Shown here piece by piece: positions 9,343 to 18,627 of a stretch of 64,000 nucleotides of DNA; the stretch's first letter is position 1, and each line of letters begins with the position of its first letter. Location of the stretch: positions 115,894 through 179,893 of the forward strand of contig CACYHH010000002.1 of the NCBI GenBank assembly GCA_902774115.1, read 5' to 3'. The translations under genes were made by a program, and so were the position numbers. The DNA comes from an uncultured Spirochaetales bacterium. Lineage in GTDB: Bacteria > UBP6 > UBA1177. Under the pieces are notes generated by a model. The model saw only the letters and a list, made by a program, of their open reading frames with translations. It did not search any database and was not told the DNA's origin.

Positions 9343-10941
9343 TTATGCTTCTTTTATGTGTTTTTTGAAGAAAGGTCTCAAAACAAGAAGACCGATCGGA
9401 GTGATAAGCGCCATACCGCCGATTATTACCCATACCATGTGGTGGTTCGGATAACTCGAAGCGATTTTTCCTGCTTCGTCAAGCGGAACGTAAGAGCTTA
9501 CGAGCCAGCCTGAAAGCGGAGCAACGAAGAATTTCGCGAAGAAGAAAGGAAGGACCGAAAGAGAAATGTAGGTTCCTTCTTTTCCTTTCGGAGCGATTTC
9601 AGCTGTGAACTGCATAAGTCTCGGGGACCAGATCGATTCGCCGATAGTGAAGATGATGAAGAAGAAAATCAGCGACCAGTACTGCATCGAAAGCGGATTA
9701 GCAGCGAAGAACTCCTGAAGTCCGTTCATATCCTTTGCAATTCCGAGCCATTTGATAAAGATGATCTCGCTCAGAACCGAGTCGTTGAGGAATGAGAACA
9801 TCGTGCCCGGAAGGACTGCGATAAAGCAGCTGGCAGCCGAAACGAGCGAGCCGATGACGAGCATTTTGTAAGATTTCGTCTTTCTTGTGAAAGCAGCTAC
9901 GAGCGGAGTGAGGTAAATAATGAGGACAGGGTTTAAAACGCCGTAGATCGAGCCGATTTTCGCACCTTCGCCGAGAACTCTGATTCCGTATTTCGGGAAA
10001 GTGTAGTGAAGGTGGAAGAAAACGAAACGGACGAAAAGCGTGATCGTGAGGATACCGATGAATATCCAGAAGTAATTCTCTTTTACGGCACCGCCTATTT
10101 TTTTGCCCATTGAAACTGCCGCGCCTTTGACAGCCTGAAGACCGCTTCCGTGCTGTTCGACCGGTTTTTTGACGATTTGTGAAGTGGTTTTTCCGGTTTT
10201 TTCGTCGGTTTCTTCGACAACTTCGATACCGTCACGGATGAACATGATTACAAGCGCGCCGACAATCGTAAGTCCGACAGCGATGAGGAAGAGCATCTGA
10301 TAACTCGAAAGATGAATTCCTGCGAGGTCTATTCCGGCGTTTTCATTAATGATTTTGCCTGCAGCGTCTCTTTCGGCGAATCTGTCTCTGACAAAGTCGA
10401 TAAGCCAGCCGCCGACAGCGTAAGCCGCATTCATAATGACGTAGAAAAGACCGAATCCGAGAGCCGCACCTTCTTTAGTCGTGTATCTTTTGATCGAAAC
10501 CGAAATAACGGGCGAAACAAGGGCAAAGCCGAGTGCGAACGGAATGAAACCTACGATGAAAACGACAACAGGATTGGTGATGAATGTCATCGCCAGACGC
10601 GAAAGGAAAAGGAATATGACACTGAGGAACATTACTTTTCTTACGCCGATCGTGTCAACGAGAGCACCTGCGACCATACCGATGCAGGAAAGGAGGATCG
10701 ACCAGATCATAATGATGTTTCCGGCGGTGATGTCGCTTACCCCGCAGTCAGCCGAAAGCCAGAGAGTAAGCACAGGGTTCATCGCGGCATAAGCGATATA
10801 CTGAATTACCATGTATCCGAAAAGGATCCACATGTCGCGCGGAGATTCATGAAGATCTTTAACGTATTTCCAAACAATAACACCGGCAGCAACGACACCG
10901 GCAACAAGAAGCGCGACAGCTAAAATAGAAGCAGCATTCAT
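9343..10941 (-). CDS. MFS transporter (POT/PTR-like)
   Basis: GALVDTIGVRK MFS motif A, many TM helices, TIGESIWSP and EIAPKGKEGTY motifs; ATG 10941 behind GGAGG. Confidence 0.8.
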   Translation of the reverse strand: MNAASILAVALLVAGVVAAGVIVWKYVKDLHESPRDMWILFGYMVIQYIAYAAMNPVLTLWLSADCGVSDITAGNIIMIWSILLSCIGMVAGALVDTIGVRKVMFLSVIFLFLSRLAMTFITNPVVVFIVGFIPFALGFALVSPVISVSIKRYTTKEGAALGFGLFYVIMNAAYAVGGWLIDFVRDRFAERDAAGKIINENAGIDLAGIHLSSYQMLFLIAVGLTIVGALVIMFIRDGIEVVEETDEKTGKTTSQIVKKPVEQHGSGLQAVKGAAVSMGKKIGGAVKENYFWIFIGILTITLFVRFVFFHLHYTFPKYGIRVLGEGAKIGSIYGVLNPVLIIYLTPLVAAFTRKTKSYKMLVIGSLVSAASCFIAVLPGTMFSFLNDSVLSEIIFIKWLGIAKDMNGLQEFFAANPLSMQYWSLIFFFIIFTIGESIWSPRLMQFTAEIAPKGKEGTYISLSVLPFFFAKFFVAPLSGWLVSSYVPLDEAGKIASSYPNHHMVWVIIGGMALITPIGLLVLRPFFKKHIKEA

Positions 10942-10968
10942 AAAAAACCTCCGTAAAATATTCAAAAA

Positions 10969-11514
10969 TTAGTGATGATGTCCGCAGCCGCAGTTGCAGT
11001 CATGATCATCGCAGTCGTGGTCGTCACAGTCGCAGTCGTCGCCGCACTCTTCGCAGCCGCAACCGCAGTGATGATGAGGGATTTCAACGCCGGTAGCTAC
11101 AAGTTCCATCTCGAAAGTAAGCTCTTTTCCTGCAAGCGGATGGTTTGCATCGAGATAAACCGTGTCGCCTTCGATTTTCGAAATGACTACCGGAATAACT
11201 TCGCCCTGATCGCTCTGCATCTGGAAGATAGCTCCTTCGTGAATGTCTGCGTCTTTCGGGAATTCCGACTTGCTGACATCGAAAACATACTCTTCCATTC
11301 TTTCGCCGTAAGCCTGTTCCGGCGGGATGACTATTGTTTTTTTGTCACCGATTTCCATGCCGATGACACCGTTTTCAAATCCGGGGATGACCATTCCGCC
11401 GCCGACTTCGAACTTTATCGGTTCGCCGTTTTCGTAGGAATTGTCGAATTCGCTTCCGTCTTTCAAGCGTCCGATGTAGTGGATCGCCACTTTGTCACCT
11501 TTCTGAACTGCCAT
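10969..11514 (-). CDS. slyD: FKBP-type peptidyl-prolyl isomerase SlyD with His/Cys-rich tail
   Basis: VAIHYIGRL, IPGFE, PPEQAYG, DANHPLAGKELTF; tail HHHCGCGC...CGCGHHH. Confidence 0.9.
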   Translation of the reverse strand: MAVQKGDKVAIHYIGRLKDGSEFDNSYENGEPIKFEVGGGMVIPGFENGVIGMEIGDKKTIVIPPEQAYGERMEEYVFDVSKSEFPKDADIHEGAIFQMQSDQGEVIPVVISKIEGDTVYLDANHPLAGKELTFEMELVATGVEIPHHHCGCGCEECGDDCDCDDHDCDDHDCNCGCGHHH

Positions 11515-11635
11515 TTTTTTCTCCTCCAAAATATTAAAAAAATCGAGATTTAATCTCAAAATCGCAATATTTTAAAGATTTATGAAAAAAGTGCAAAGAA
11601 TTTAGGCAATAAAATAGGGGCGAGCGGTTATTTTT

Positions 11636-13234
11636 TTATTCGATCGTCGGCTTGAAAAAGTCAAAGTTGACATATTTTTTGTCTTTGCTCTTTCTGACGG
11701 CCATTCCCGGATCGGTTTTTATGTAGATTTTCAAAATACCGTTTACTTTTTTCGGGTAAATGTATGAAACCTCGGCCTTGAAAGCGCGGGTGTCGATAAT
11801 GTTAAGTAAATATTGAGGAATTTTGTCAAAGTTGTGGACATCGATGACGAATCCGCCGGTTATTTCCCTGAACTGATAGTCGACTTCGCCGTCAAGTTCT
11901 ATCGTTATCCGGCTGAATTCGGGGAATTTTCTGAAGAAAATGTTTTTCAGCTTTCCTTTCTTTGCCAGTTTCGTGACCGGAAGATCAGGCAGTTTTTCGC
12001 TCAAAGTCGGTTCTTTTTCAGCTTTTACGACTTTTAGCTGCCTGATTTCGCCGTCTTCCGACCTGACCGCTTTTTTGCGTTCTGCGAGCCGTTTTTCCTC
12101 GGCTAAACGTTTTTCCTCTGCAATCCGATTTTCTTCTTCAGCTTTTTTGAGTTCCGCGAGCCGTTTTTCCGCGGCTAAGCGTTTTTCCTCTGCGATCCGC
12201 TTCTCTTCCTCGGCTTTTTTGAGTTCCGCAATCCGCTTTTCTTCAGCCAAGCGTTTTTCTTCTGCAATTCTTTTTTCTTCTTCAGCTTTTTTGAGTTCCG
12301 CGAGCCGTTTTTCTTCTGCAATTCTTTTTTCTTCTGCAATTCTTTTTTCTTCTGCAATTCTTTTTTCTTCTTCAGCTTTTTTGAGTTCCGCGAGCCGTTT
12401 TTCCTCGGCTAAACGTTTTTCCTCTGCGATCCGTTTTTCTTCTTCGGCTTTTTTGAGCTCCGCGATCCGCTTTTCTTCAGCCAAGCGTTTTTCTTCAGCA
12501 ATTCTTTTTTCTTCTTCGGCTTTTTTGAGTTCCGCAAGCCGCTTTTCCTCTTCCAGACGTTCTTCTTCGGCAAGTTCGTTCATGAGGGAATTGACAAGTC
12601 GGGTTTCTCTTGCAGCGGCGAGACGACGCTTTTCTTCTTCAGCCTTTTTAAGTTCCGCGATCCGCTTTTCTTCGGAAATCCGTCTCTTTTCCTCTGCTTT
12701 CTGAAGTTCTGCTATCCGTTTTTCCTCGGCTAAACGCTTTTCCTCTGCGATCCGCTTCTCTTCCTCGGCTTTTTTAAGTTCTTCGAGCCGTTTTTCTTCC
12801 GCTAAGCGTTCTTCTTCGATTTTCCGCTCTTTTTCAGCCTGTGCGAGACGTTCCGCTTCTCTTTTTTCTGCAAATTTCGCTATGATCGTATCGAAATTCT
12901 CGTCGTCCAGAAACAGCGAGCGGCTTAGACCCATGATAATCGTTCCTTTGCGGTTGAAAAAAGTGTATTGAGCTCCCGGCTCGACAAAAAATATGAATCG
13001 CGTCATTCCGCCGGAAACGCTTTTTTCAACAGATTTAACCATTTCCGGAAGATCTGGCAAAACGGTGTCTTTGAAAGTTCCGCTTGCCTCGAAAACGATT
13101 CTTTCGGGATTGTTCAGGCGGTAAGATGAAAAAGTCGGGTTTTCATCAGAACTTTCGAAAATCAGGTAAAAATTGTCGTTGTCAGAGAGCGTCTGCAGCG
13201 AGAAAATGAAGAGAAAAGCAAGAAAAAGGCTCAT
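11636..13234 (-). CDS. Secreted protein with AMIN-like domains flanking a long E/K/R/A repeat helix
   Basis: Hydrophobic N-terminus, YRLNNPERIVFE (AMIN-like), ~260 aa of AEEKRLAELKKAEEEKRI repeats, C-terminal FSRITIELDG...FVIDV domain. Confidence 0.6.
   Translation of the reverse strand: MSLFLAFLFIFSLQTLSDNDNFYLIFESSDENPTFSSYRLNNPERIVFEASGTFKDTVLPDLPEMVKSVEKSVSGGMTRFIFFVEPGAQYTFFNRKGTIIMGLSRSLFLDDENFDTIIAKFAEKREAERLAQAEKERKIEEERLAEEKRLEELKKAEEEKRIAEEKRLAEEKRIAELQKAEEKRRISEEKRIAELKKAEEEKRRLAAARETRLVNSLMNELAEEERLEEEKRLAELKKAEEEKRIAEEKRLAEEKRIAELKKAEEEKRIAEEKRLAEEKRLAELKKAEEEKRIAEEKRIAEEKRIAEEKRLAELKKAEEEKRIAEEKRLAEEKRIAELKKAEEEKRIAEEKRLAAEKRLAELKKAEEENRIAEEKRLAEEKRLAERKKAVRSEDGEIRQLKVVKAEKEPTLSEKLPDLPVTKLAKKGKLKNIFFRKFPEFSRITIELDGEVDYQFREITGGFVIDVHNFDKIPQYLLNIIDTRAFKAEVSYIYPKKVNGILKIYIKTDPGMAVRKSKDKKYVNFDFFKPTIE
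12071..12871 (-). repeat. Coding tandem repeats (EEKR-type)
   Basis: Repeated AEEKRI / AEEKRL / AELKKAEEEKR units visible in both DNA and protein. Confidence 0.9.
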
Positions 13235-13252
13235 GATTCAAGGCGTTTGTGT

Positions 13253-14080
13253 TTAATCGTTACCGGGAGTGGAAGGATCGTCAGTTATCGTTTCCCATTC
13301 AACAGATTTAGCGGCGATACATTTTCCGTTTGAGATAAAAATGTAGTCTAAATTATCTTCAGCCTGCTTGAGAATGAGGTTTTTGATGTTGCCGTTTGTT
13401 CTTTGCGCATCGCCTTCACCGGCAACTTTTGTGATTTGAAGTGTTCCCGCTGTCTGGAAGTAGTATTCTTTCGCTGCTGCAAGTTCGGCATCGACCCAAA
13501 CCATGACACACTGCTGGCACTGAGAGTAGTTGTCGTTCACACCTGTTCCAAGCTCATAAGTTCCTTCCTTGAGATCACCCATAAGAAAGATTTTTATGAT
13601 ATCGATTGCGTTTCCGCTCATAGCAGGGGAGAAATAACCGTTAATTTCATCGGGATATCCGGACATTGTTATTGTCGGAACTTCAATCATCGTGCAGCCT
13701 TCAGCATTCTGCTCAAATTCCGGATCAGGCTCATCGGTAGGTTCTGGCTCTGTAGGATTTGTCGGTTCAGTCGGCTCTGTCGGCTCAGTATCCGTGTCGT
13801 CATCGTTGGTCGGTTCGGTATCGTTATCGCCTGCCGGTTCATCAGAATCCCCAGTCGAATCGGTGCCATCCGGAGTTGTATCTGCGGGATACGGTGTTGT
13901 GTCGGCTGAATCATCAGTTGAATCACCGCTATCCGGAGTTGTATCGATATCCGATGAGTCTGCTTCAGTGTCAGTTAGTTCTTCCTTATCTTCGTCGGAA
14001 CTGCTGCATGCAATGAACAATGCAAGTGCCGAAAGCAGAAGAATAAACAGAATTTTTTCAATAAAATTCTTACTTTTCAT
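13253..14080 (-). CDS. Hypothetical lipoprotein with D/T/P/E-rich linker
   Basis: LFIAC lipobox, acidic low-complexity tether, C-terminal domain with NYSQCQQCV and YFQTAGTLQIT. Confidence 0.75.
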   Translation of the reverse strand: MKSKNFIEKILFILLLSALALFIACSSSDEDKEELTDTEADSSDIDTTPDSGDSTDDSADTTPYPADTTPDGTDSTGDSDEPAGDNDTEPTNDDDTDTEPTEPTEPTNPTEPEPTDEPDPEFEQNAEGCTMIEVPTITMSGYPDEINGYFSPAMSGNAIDIIKIFLMGDLKEGTYELGTGVNDNYSQCQQCVMVWVDAELAAAKEYYFQTAGTLQITKVAGEGDAQRTNGNIKNLILKQAEDNLDYIFISNGKCIAAKSVEWETITDDPSTPGND

Positions 14081-15632
14081 CAATCAAAGCTCCTTTTATT
14101 TCATTTGCAGTTTTTTTGATATTTTCAAGAACATTTTCTTTCAAAGGATCGAGAGTGATAACGCGGACTTTCGTTTCTTCAGCTACCGATTTTATGACTG
14201 AATCGGGGATCTGAGCCTGCATGAATACGGCTTTTGCGTTGTTTTTCTTTATAAAATCTACAACTTTCGCCATATCGACTGCGCCAGGTTCCTTTCCTTC
14301 GACTTCAAGCGGGACCTGTTTGAGCCCGAATCTTTCTGCAAAATATCCGAAAGCGGGGTGGTGAACTACGAAACTTTTTCCTTCAACTTCTTTGAGCTGA
14401 GCCGCAACTTCATCATTCACTTTTTTGATCTCAGCTTTCAGAGCTTCACCGTTTTCACGATAGATTGCCGCATTGTCGGGATCGGCTGTGGAAAGTTCCG
14501 CAACGGTGTTGTCGGTCATAACGATAAGGTTCATCGGATCGAGCCAAACGTGAGGATCGTGCATTCCGTGATGGTGGTGATGACCGTGGCAGCCTTTTCC
14601 GTTAAGGCAGGCACAGCCGCCGTGTTTTTTGCAGCATTCCTTATCGCCTTTGCACGGACATTCCTCGCCGCCGCACTTAGGACAGCCTTTTCCGTCGTGA
14701 TGACAAGCGCATTCCTTTCCTTCTTCTTTGCATCCGCATTTGCAGTCGGCACAGCCTTTACCTTCTTTGCAGTCGCAACCTTTTCCGTCTTTGCATCCGC
14801 AGTCGCACTTTTCACAGCCTTCGCAGCCTTTTTCACCACCGCAGCAGCCTTTGTCGCCGTGATGGCATCCGCACTCTTTTCCTTCTTTGCACCCGCACTT
14901 GCAGTCAGCACAGCCTTTACCTTCTTTGCAGTCGCAACCTTTTCCGTCTTTGCATCCGCAGTCGCACTTTTCACAGCCTTCGCAGTCTGCTTTGTCACAG
15001 TGGTGTTCTTTGTGATGAGGGCAGCCTTCGTGCATTCCCTTGTGCTCGTGTTTTTCTTCTTTCGGAGCGTCGAATCCCGGAAGAGCGCACGCATCTGCGC
15101 CGCATTCATCTTTTTCAAGCTTTTCACCGTGCTTGCATCCGCATTCCCTGCCTTCCTTGCATCCGCATTTGCAGTCTGCGCATGCTTCGGCACAACCTTT
15201 GTCGCAGTGATGATGAGGATGAAAATGTCCTTCCATTTTGCGGAAATTTATTCCTTTCGCCATATCGGCAAAACGGATATTTTTGTAGTCAGCGGCAAGT
15301 TTTTCGATAGAAGCTGCTTCGAAGGGGACTCCGATTTTGAGGTAAAGTGCGGAATCTTTGAGGTCAGCCATCTTTTTCGGACCCGGTTCATAGGTTTCGG
15401 GCGTGCTTGAAGGTTCCATCATCGTGTTTACTCTGACTTTGTCCTTGCCGACCGTTTTGACTATGAAAGCCTGCGGCGGAATACTGACAGTTACATTGAG
15501 AATGTCCCGTTTTTTTGCCGCGGTACTGGCCTCGCTACTGGCTGCGCTGTCCTTGGAAGCGGTTTTTTCACCGCAGGAAACAAGCACAAAAAGAGCCAGA
15601 AACACAACCAAAATTTTCATGATTTTTTTCAT
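14070..15632 (-). CDS. znuA: ZnuA/TroA-family metal ABC substrate-binding lipoprotein with metallothionein-like insert
   Basis: VLVSC lipobox, VSIPPQ, PETYEPGP, DPHVWLDP, HPAFGYFA, EVEGKEP; Cys/His-rich insert in the loop before DPHVW. Confidence 0.88.
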   Translation of the reverse strand: MKKIMKILVVFLALFVLVSCGEKTASKDSAASSEASTAAKKRDILNVTVSIPPQAFIVKTVGKDKVRVNTMMEPSSTPETYEPGPKKMADLKDSALYLKIGVPFEAASIEKLAADYKNIRFADMAKGINFRKMEGHFHPHHHCDKGCAEACADCKCGCKEGRECGCKHGEKLEKDECGADACALPGFDAPKEEKHEHKGMHEGCPHHKEHHCDKADCEGCEKCDCGCKDGKGCDCKEGKGCADCKCGCKEGKECGCHHGDKGCCGGEKGCEGCEKCDCGCKDGKGCDCKEGKGCADCKCGCKEEGKECACHHDGKGCPKCGGEECPCKGDKECCKKHGGCACLNGKGCHGHHHHHGMHDPHVWLDPMNLIVMTDNTVAELSTADPDNAAIYRENGEALKAEIKKVNDEVAAQLKEVEGKSFVVHHPAFGYFAERFGLKQVPLEVEGKEPGAVDMAKVVDFIKKNNAKAVFMQAQIPDSVIKSVAEETKVRVITLDPLKENVLENIKKTANEIKGALIDEK

Positions 15633-15653
15633 GAGACATTCTCCTTTAAAAAA

Positions 15654-16532
15654 TTACTCGCAAATATCCATGATCTGCCTTGTGACAGATTCAAACTCTT
15701 TTGCTGCCGGATTGCTGTCTGCCGCGTAGACATAAGGAAGTCCGCAGTCGCCCGATTCGCCGATAGCCGGATCGAACGGGATTTTCCCGAGCAGCTTGAT
15801 ATTGTATTTTTCGGCGATCTGTGTTCCCGCGCCGGTTTTGAAAATTTGTGTGACTTTGCCGCAGTGCGGGCAGATGAAACCGCTCATGTTCTCGACTATT
15901 CCGAGAATTTTTATATGTGCTTTTTCGCAGAAGTTGACCGATTTTCTTACATCAGCAGCAGCGACTTCCTGAGGAGTCGTGACTAAAACCGCGCCGGTGA
16001 GATCGTCAACAGTGTTGATGAGCGAAAGAAGCTCGTCGCCCGTTCCGGGAGGCGAATCGATTACGAGATAATCAAGCGTTCCCCAGTCGACATCTTTGAA
16101 AAACTGCTGGATCATTCCGTGTTTTATCGGGCCTCTCCAGATTATCGCGTCGTCAGAATCCTGAAGGAAAAAGCCGACCGACATTATTTTGAGCGCGCCG
16201 AAAGTGACCGGCAGCAGTTTGTTGTTTTCATTGACATTGATTTTGCCGTCCTTCATGCCGAACATCGTCGGAATGCTCGGTCCGTGCAGGTCGATATCGA
16301 GAAGACCTGTCGTTTTGCCTTCCAATGCGAGTTTCATCGCCAGATTTACCGCGACAGAGCTTTTGCCGACACCGCCTTTCCCTGACATGACAAGGATCTT
16401 GTTTTTGATTTTGCAGAGATTTTTCTTTATCTCCTGCCTTGCAAGAAACTGTTCGTCCGTTTCATCCTGCATCTGTTTCTTCGCACTGCAGGTCGTGCTT
16501 GTGCAACTTTCACAAGAAGAGTGGTCAGTCAT
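15654..16532 (-). CDS. Mrp/NBP35 (ApbC) Fe-S cluster carrier ATPase
   Basis: MSGKGGVGKS, IWRGP, DSPPGTGD, ENMSGFICPHCG; N-terminal Cys cluster; ATG 16532 behind GGAGGTG. Confidence 0.92.
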   Translation of the reverse strand: MTDHSSCESCTSTTCSAKKQMQDETDEQFLARQEIKKNLCKIKNKILVMSGKGGVGKSSVAVNLAMKLALEGKTTGLLDIDLHGPSIPTMFGMKDGKINVNENNKLLPVTFGALKIMSVGFFLQDSDDAIIWRGPIKHGMIQQFFKDVDWGTLDYLVIDSPPGTGDELLSLINTVDDLTGAVLVTTPQEVAAADVRKSVNFCEKAHIKILGIVENMSGFICPHCGKVTQIFKTGAGTQIAEKYNIKLLGKIPFDPAIGESGDCGLPYVYAADSNPAAKEFESVTRQIMDICE

Positions 16533-16599
16533 TTTCACCTCCAATCAACTAAAAACGATGGATTTTAAGGAAAAAAAGCAGAAAAACAAGATTCTTTTT

Positions 16600-16677
16600 C
16601 GTTACGTCGTCACCTTGTCACGCCGTTACGGTTTCGCGCCTTCTGCGTTACGTCGTCACGCCGTCACATCGTTACGC
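16600..16677. repeat. Octamer tandem repeat CGTYACGY (4 units + 14-nt spacer + 4 units)
   Basis: CGTTACGT CGTCACCT TGTCACGC CGTTACGG ... CGTTACGT CGTCACGC CGTCACAT CGTTACGC. Confidence 0.85.
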
Positions 16678-17948
16678 CGACGCGGCGCGATGAACCTTTT
16701 TTCCAGTTCTTCCCTGTATTTTCCGAGATCAAGTTCAACTCTGTTGACACCTTCTTCGACCGCGGCTGAAGCGACTGCGAACGCTACTTCGACGAGGACT
16801 CTCGGGTCGAAAGGTTTCGGGATGATGTAGTTTCTGCCGTATTCGAGCGAATCAAGCCCGTAAACCTTGAGAACTTCCGGAAGGACCGGCATTTTCGTCA
16901 CTTTTATGAGTGCCTGTGTCGCTGCCATTTTCATTTTTTCAGTTATCTGACGTGCCCTGACGTCAAGTGCACCTCTGAAAATCGCGGGGAATCCAAGAAG
17001 ATTGTTGACCTGGTTCGGGAAATCGGTCCTTCCGGTTCCTACAATCGCGTCGGGACGGGCAATCTTAACTTCTTCATAGGTGATTTCGGGGTCGGGGTTT
17101 GCCATCGGGAAAATAACGGGGTTCGGTGCCATTTTCTTGAGCATTTCAGCTTTGACAAGTCCTTTGATGCTTACTCCGATGTAGATGTCGGCGCCTTCAA
17201 AAAGCTCTTCAAGAGTGCGGAATTTCGTATTTCTGTACAAAAATCTGTGATATTCCGAAAGATTGTCCTTTCTTCCTTCGAAAAGAACGCCGTCCTTGTC
17301 GTAAGCGTAGACGTTTTCCTGCTTTACACCGCAGTTTATAAGGTGTTTCGCGATCGCAACACCTGCAGCTCCGGCACCAGTGATGACAACTTTACAGTTT
17401 TCAGGTTTTTTGCCCGCTATCTCGAGCCCGTTGAGAACTCCGGCAGCGCAGATAACGGCAGTTCCGTGCTGATCGTCGTGGAAAACCGGAATATTCATTG
17501 ATTTTTTGAGTTTTTCCTCGATTTCGAAGCACCTCGGAGATGAGATATCTTCAAGGTTTATGCCGCCGAAAGTGGGTTCGAGCGACTTCACGATCTCAAC
17601 GAATTTGTCCGGATCGTGCTCGTCTATTTCGATATCGAAAGCGTCGATCCCTGCGAAACGCTTGAAAAGAAGCGCCTTTCCTTCCATGACCGGCTTTCCC
17701 GCAAGCGCGCCGATGTTTCCGAGCCCGAGCACTGCACTTCCGTCGCTGATGACGCCGACGAGATTCCCTTTTCCAGTGTAGTCGTAGACAGTTTCGGGAT
17801 TGTCTTTGATTTCAAGGCAGGGAAGGGCAACTCCAGGCGTGTAGGCTTTAGACAGATCAGCTTGTGTTGCGCAGACTTTGGATGAAACGACTTCAAGTTT
17901 TCCGGGCTTCGGGTTTTTGTGATAACTGAGGACTTCTTCTTTGTTCAT
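16656..17948 (-). CDS. NAD(P)-dependent malic enzyme (short form, no PTA domain)
   Basis: AYTPGVA, GLGNIG, PVMEGK, INLEDI, FHDDQHGT, GAGAAG, MANPDPEI, PNQVNN. Confidence 0.93.
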   Translation of the reverse strand: MNKEEVLSYHKNPKPGKLEVVSSKVCATQADLSKAYTPGVALPCLEIKDNPETVYDYTGKGNLVGVISDGSAVLGLGNIGALAGKPVMEGKALLFKRFAGIDAFDIEIDEHDPDKFVEIVKSLEPTFGGINLEDISSPRCFEIEEKLKKSMNIPVFHDDQHGTAVICAAGVLNGLEIAGKKPENCKVVITGAGAAGVAIAKHLINCGVKQENVYAYDKDGVLFEGRKDNLSEYHRFLYRNTKFRTLEELFEGADIYIGVSIKGLVKAEMLKKMAPNPVIFPMANPDPEITYEEVKIARPDAIVGTGRTDFPNQVNNLLGFPAIFRGALDVRARQITEKMKMAATQALIKVTKMPVLPEVLKVYGLDSLEYGRNYIIPKPFDPRVLVEVAFAVASAAVEEGVNRVELDLGKYREELEKRFIAPRRRNDVTA

Positions 17949-18009
17949 TCTGTTCTCCGCTCAAAAATCAAGAAACTTGGTGAAAATTGTCAAAAGAAGG
18001 CAAAAAAAA

Positions 18010-18085
<76 letters not shown>

Positions 18086-18103
18086 ACCTCGTTGCCGCGC
18101 AGT

Positions 18104-18131
18104 ATGATACTCAAAAGGTTTTGCGTGTCAA
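18104..18131 (-). promoter_or_regulatory. Sigma70-type promoter of the tRNA
   Basis: TTGACA-N16-TATCAT, 18 nt upstream of the tRNA. Confidence 0.7.
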
Positions 18132-18150
18132 GTATTTTGCTGATTTTCGG

Positions 18151-18627
18151 CTATCTTATTCCGGTGCTGCCGAAGCCGCCAACTGATCTTTCAGTTTCCG
18201 AAACCTCTGAAACTATTGAGAAATCTGCCTGTTGAACCGGCGTTACGACAAGTTGCGCGATGCGGTCGCCTTTTCTGACTTCAAAAACTTTGTCCGACAT
18301 GTTGGCTAAAATCACTTTGATTTCGCCGCGGTAGTCGCTGTCAACCGTTCCTGGTGAATTGAGGACGAAAACGCCGTTTTTTGCGGCAAGTCCGCTGCGG
18401 CTTCTAACCTGAATCTCGAAATTTTCAGGAATTTCAGGGAAAAGTCCGGTTGAAACCATTTCCCAGCTTCTCGGATTTATTGAACAATCTTCGTTTGAAG
18501 AGACATCGGCACCGGCCGCCCCCGTTGTTTTGTATTCGGGGAGAACGGCGCCTTCAGCCAGTTTGAATTTTATTGAAATTTTATCTGTGGTTTTCTCTGC
18601 CACCGCGGTCTCCGCCTCTGCGCTCAC
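18151..18627 (-). CDS. dut: dUTP diphosphatase
   Basis: AAGAD, RSRSGLA, NSPGTVDSDYRGEI, GDRIAQLV, RSVGGFGSTG. Confidence 0.95.
   Translation of the reverse strand: MSAEAETAVAEKTTDKISIKFKLAEGAVLPEYKTTGAAGADVSSNEDCSINPRSWEMVSTGLFPEIPENFEIQVRSRSGLAAKNGVFVLNSPGTVDSDYRGEIKVILANMSDKVFEVRKGDRIAQLVVTPVQQADFSIVSEVSETERSVGGFGSTGIR

Noticed and set aside
11940-12704. 254-aa S/F/A/R-rich plus-strand ORF
   Set aside because: Antisense reading of the EEKR repeats
14358-15410. 350-aa plus-strand ORF and 220-aa alternative-frame K/A/T-rich ORF over the znuA insert
   Set aside because: By-products of the low-complexity Cys/Lys/Gly repeat; the ZnuA frame is continuous and carries all family motifs
16600-16677. 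Possible CRISPR array or terminator reading of the octamer repeats
   Set aside because: 8-bp units with no unique 25-45 bp spacers, no cas genes and no U-tract; kept only as an interspersed repeat
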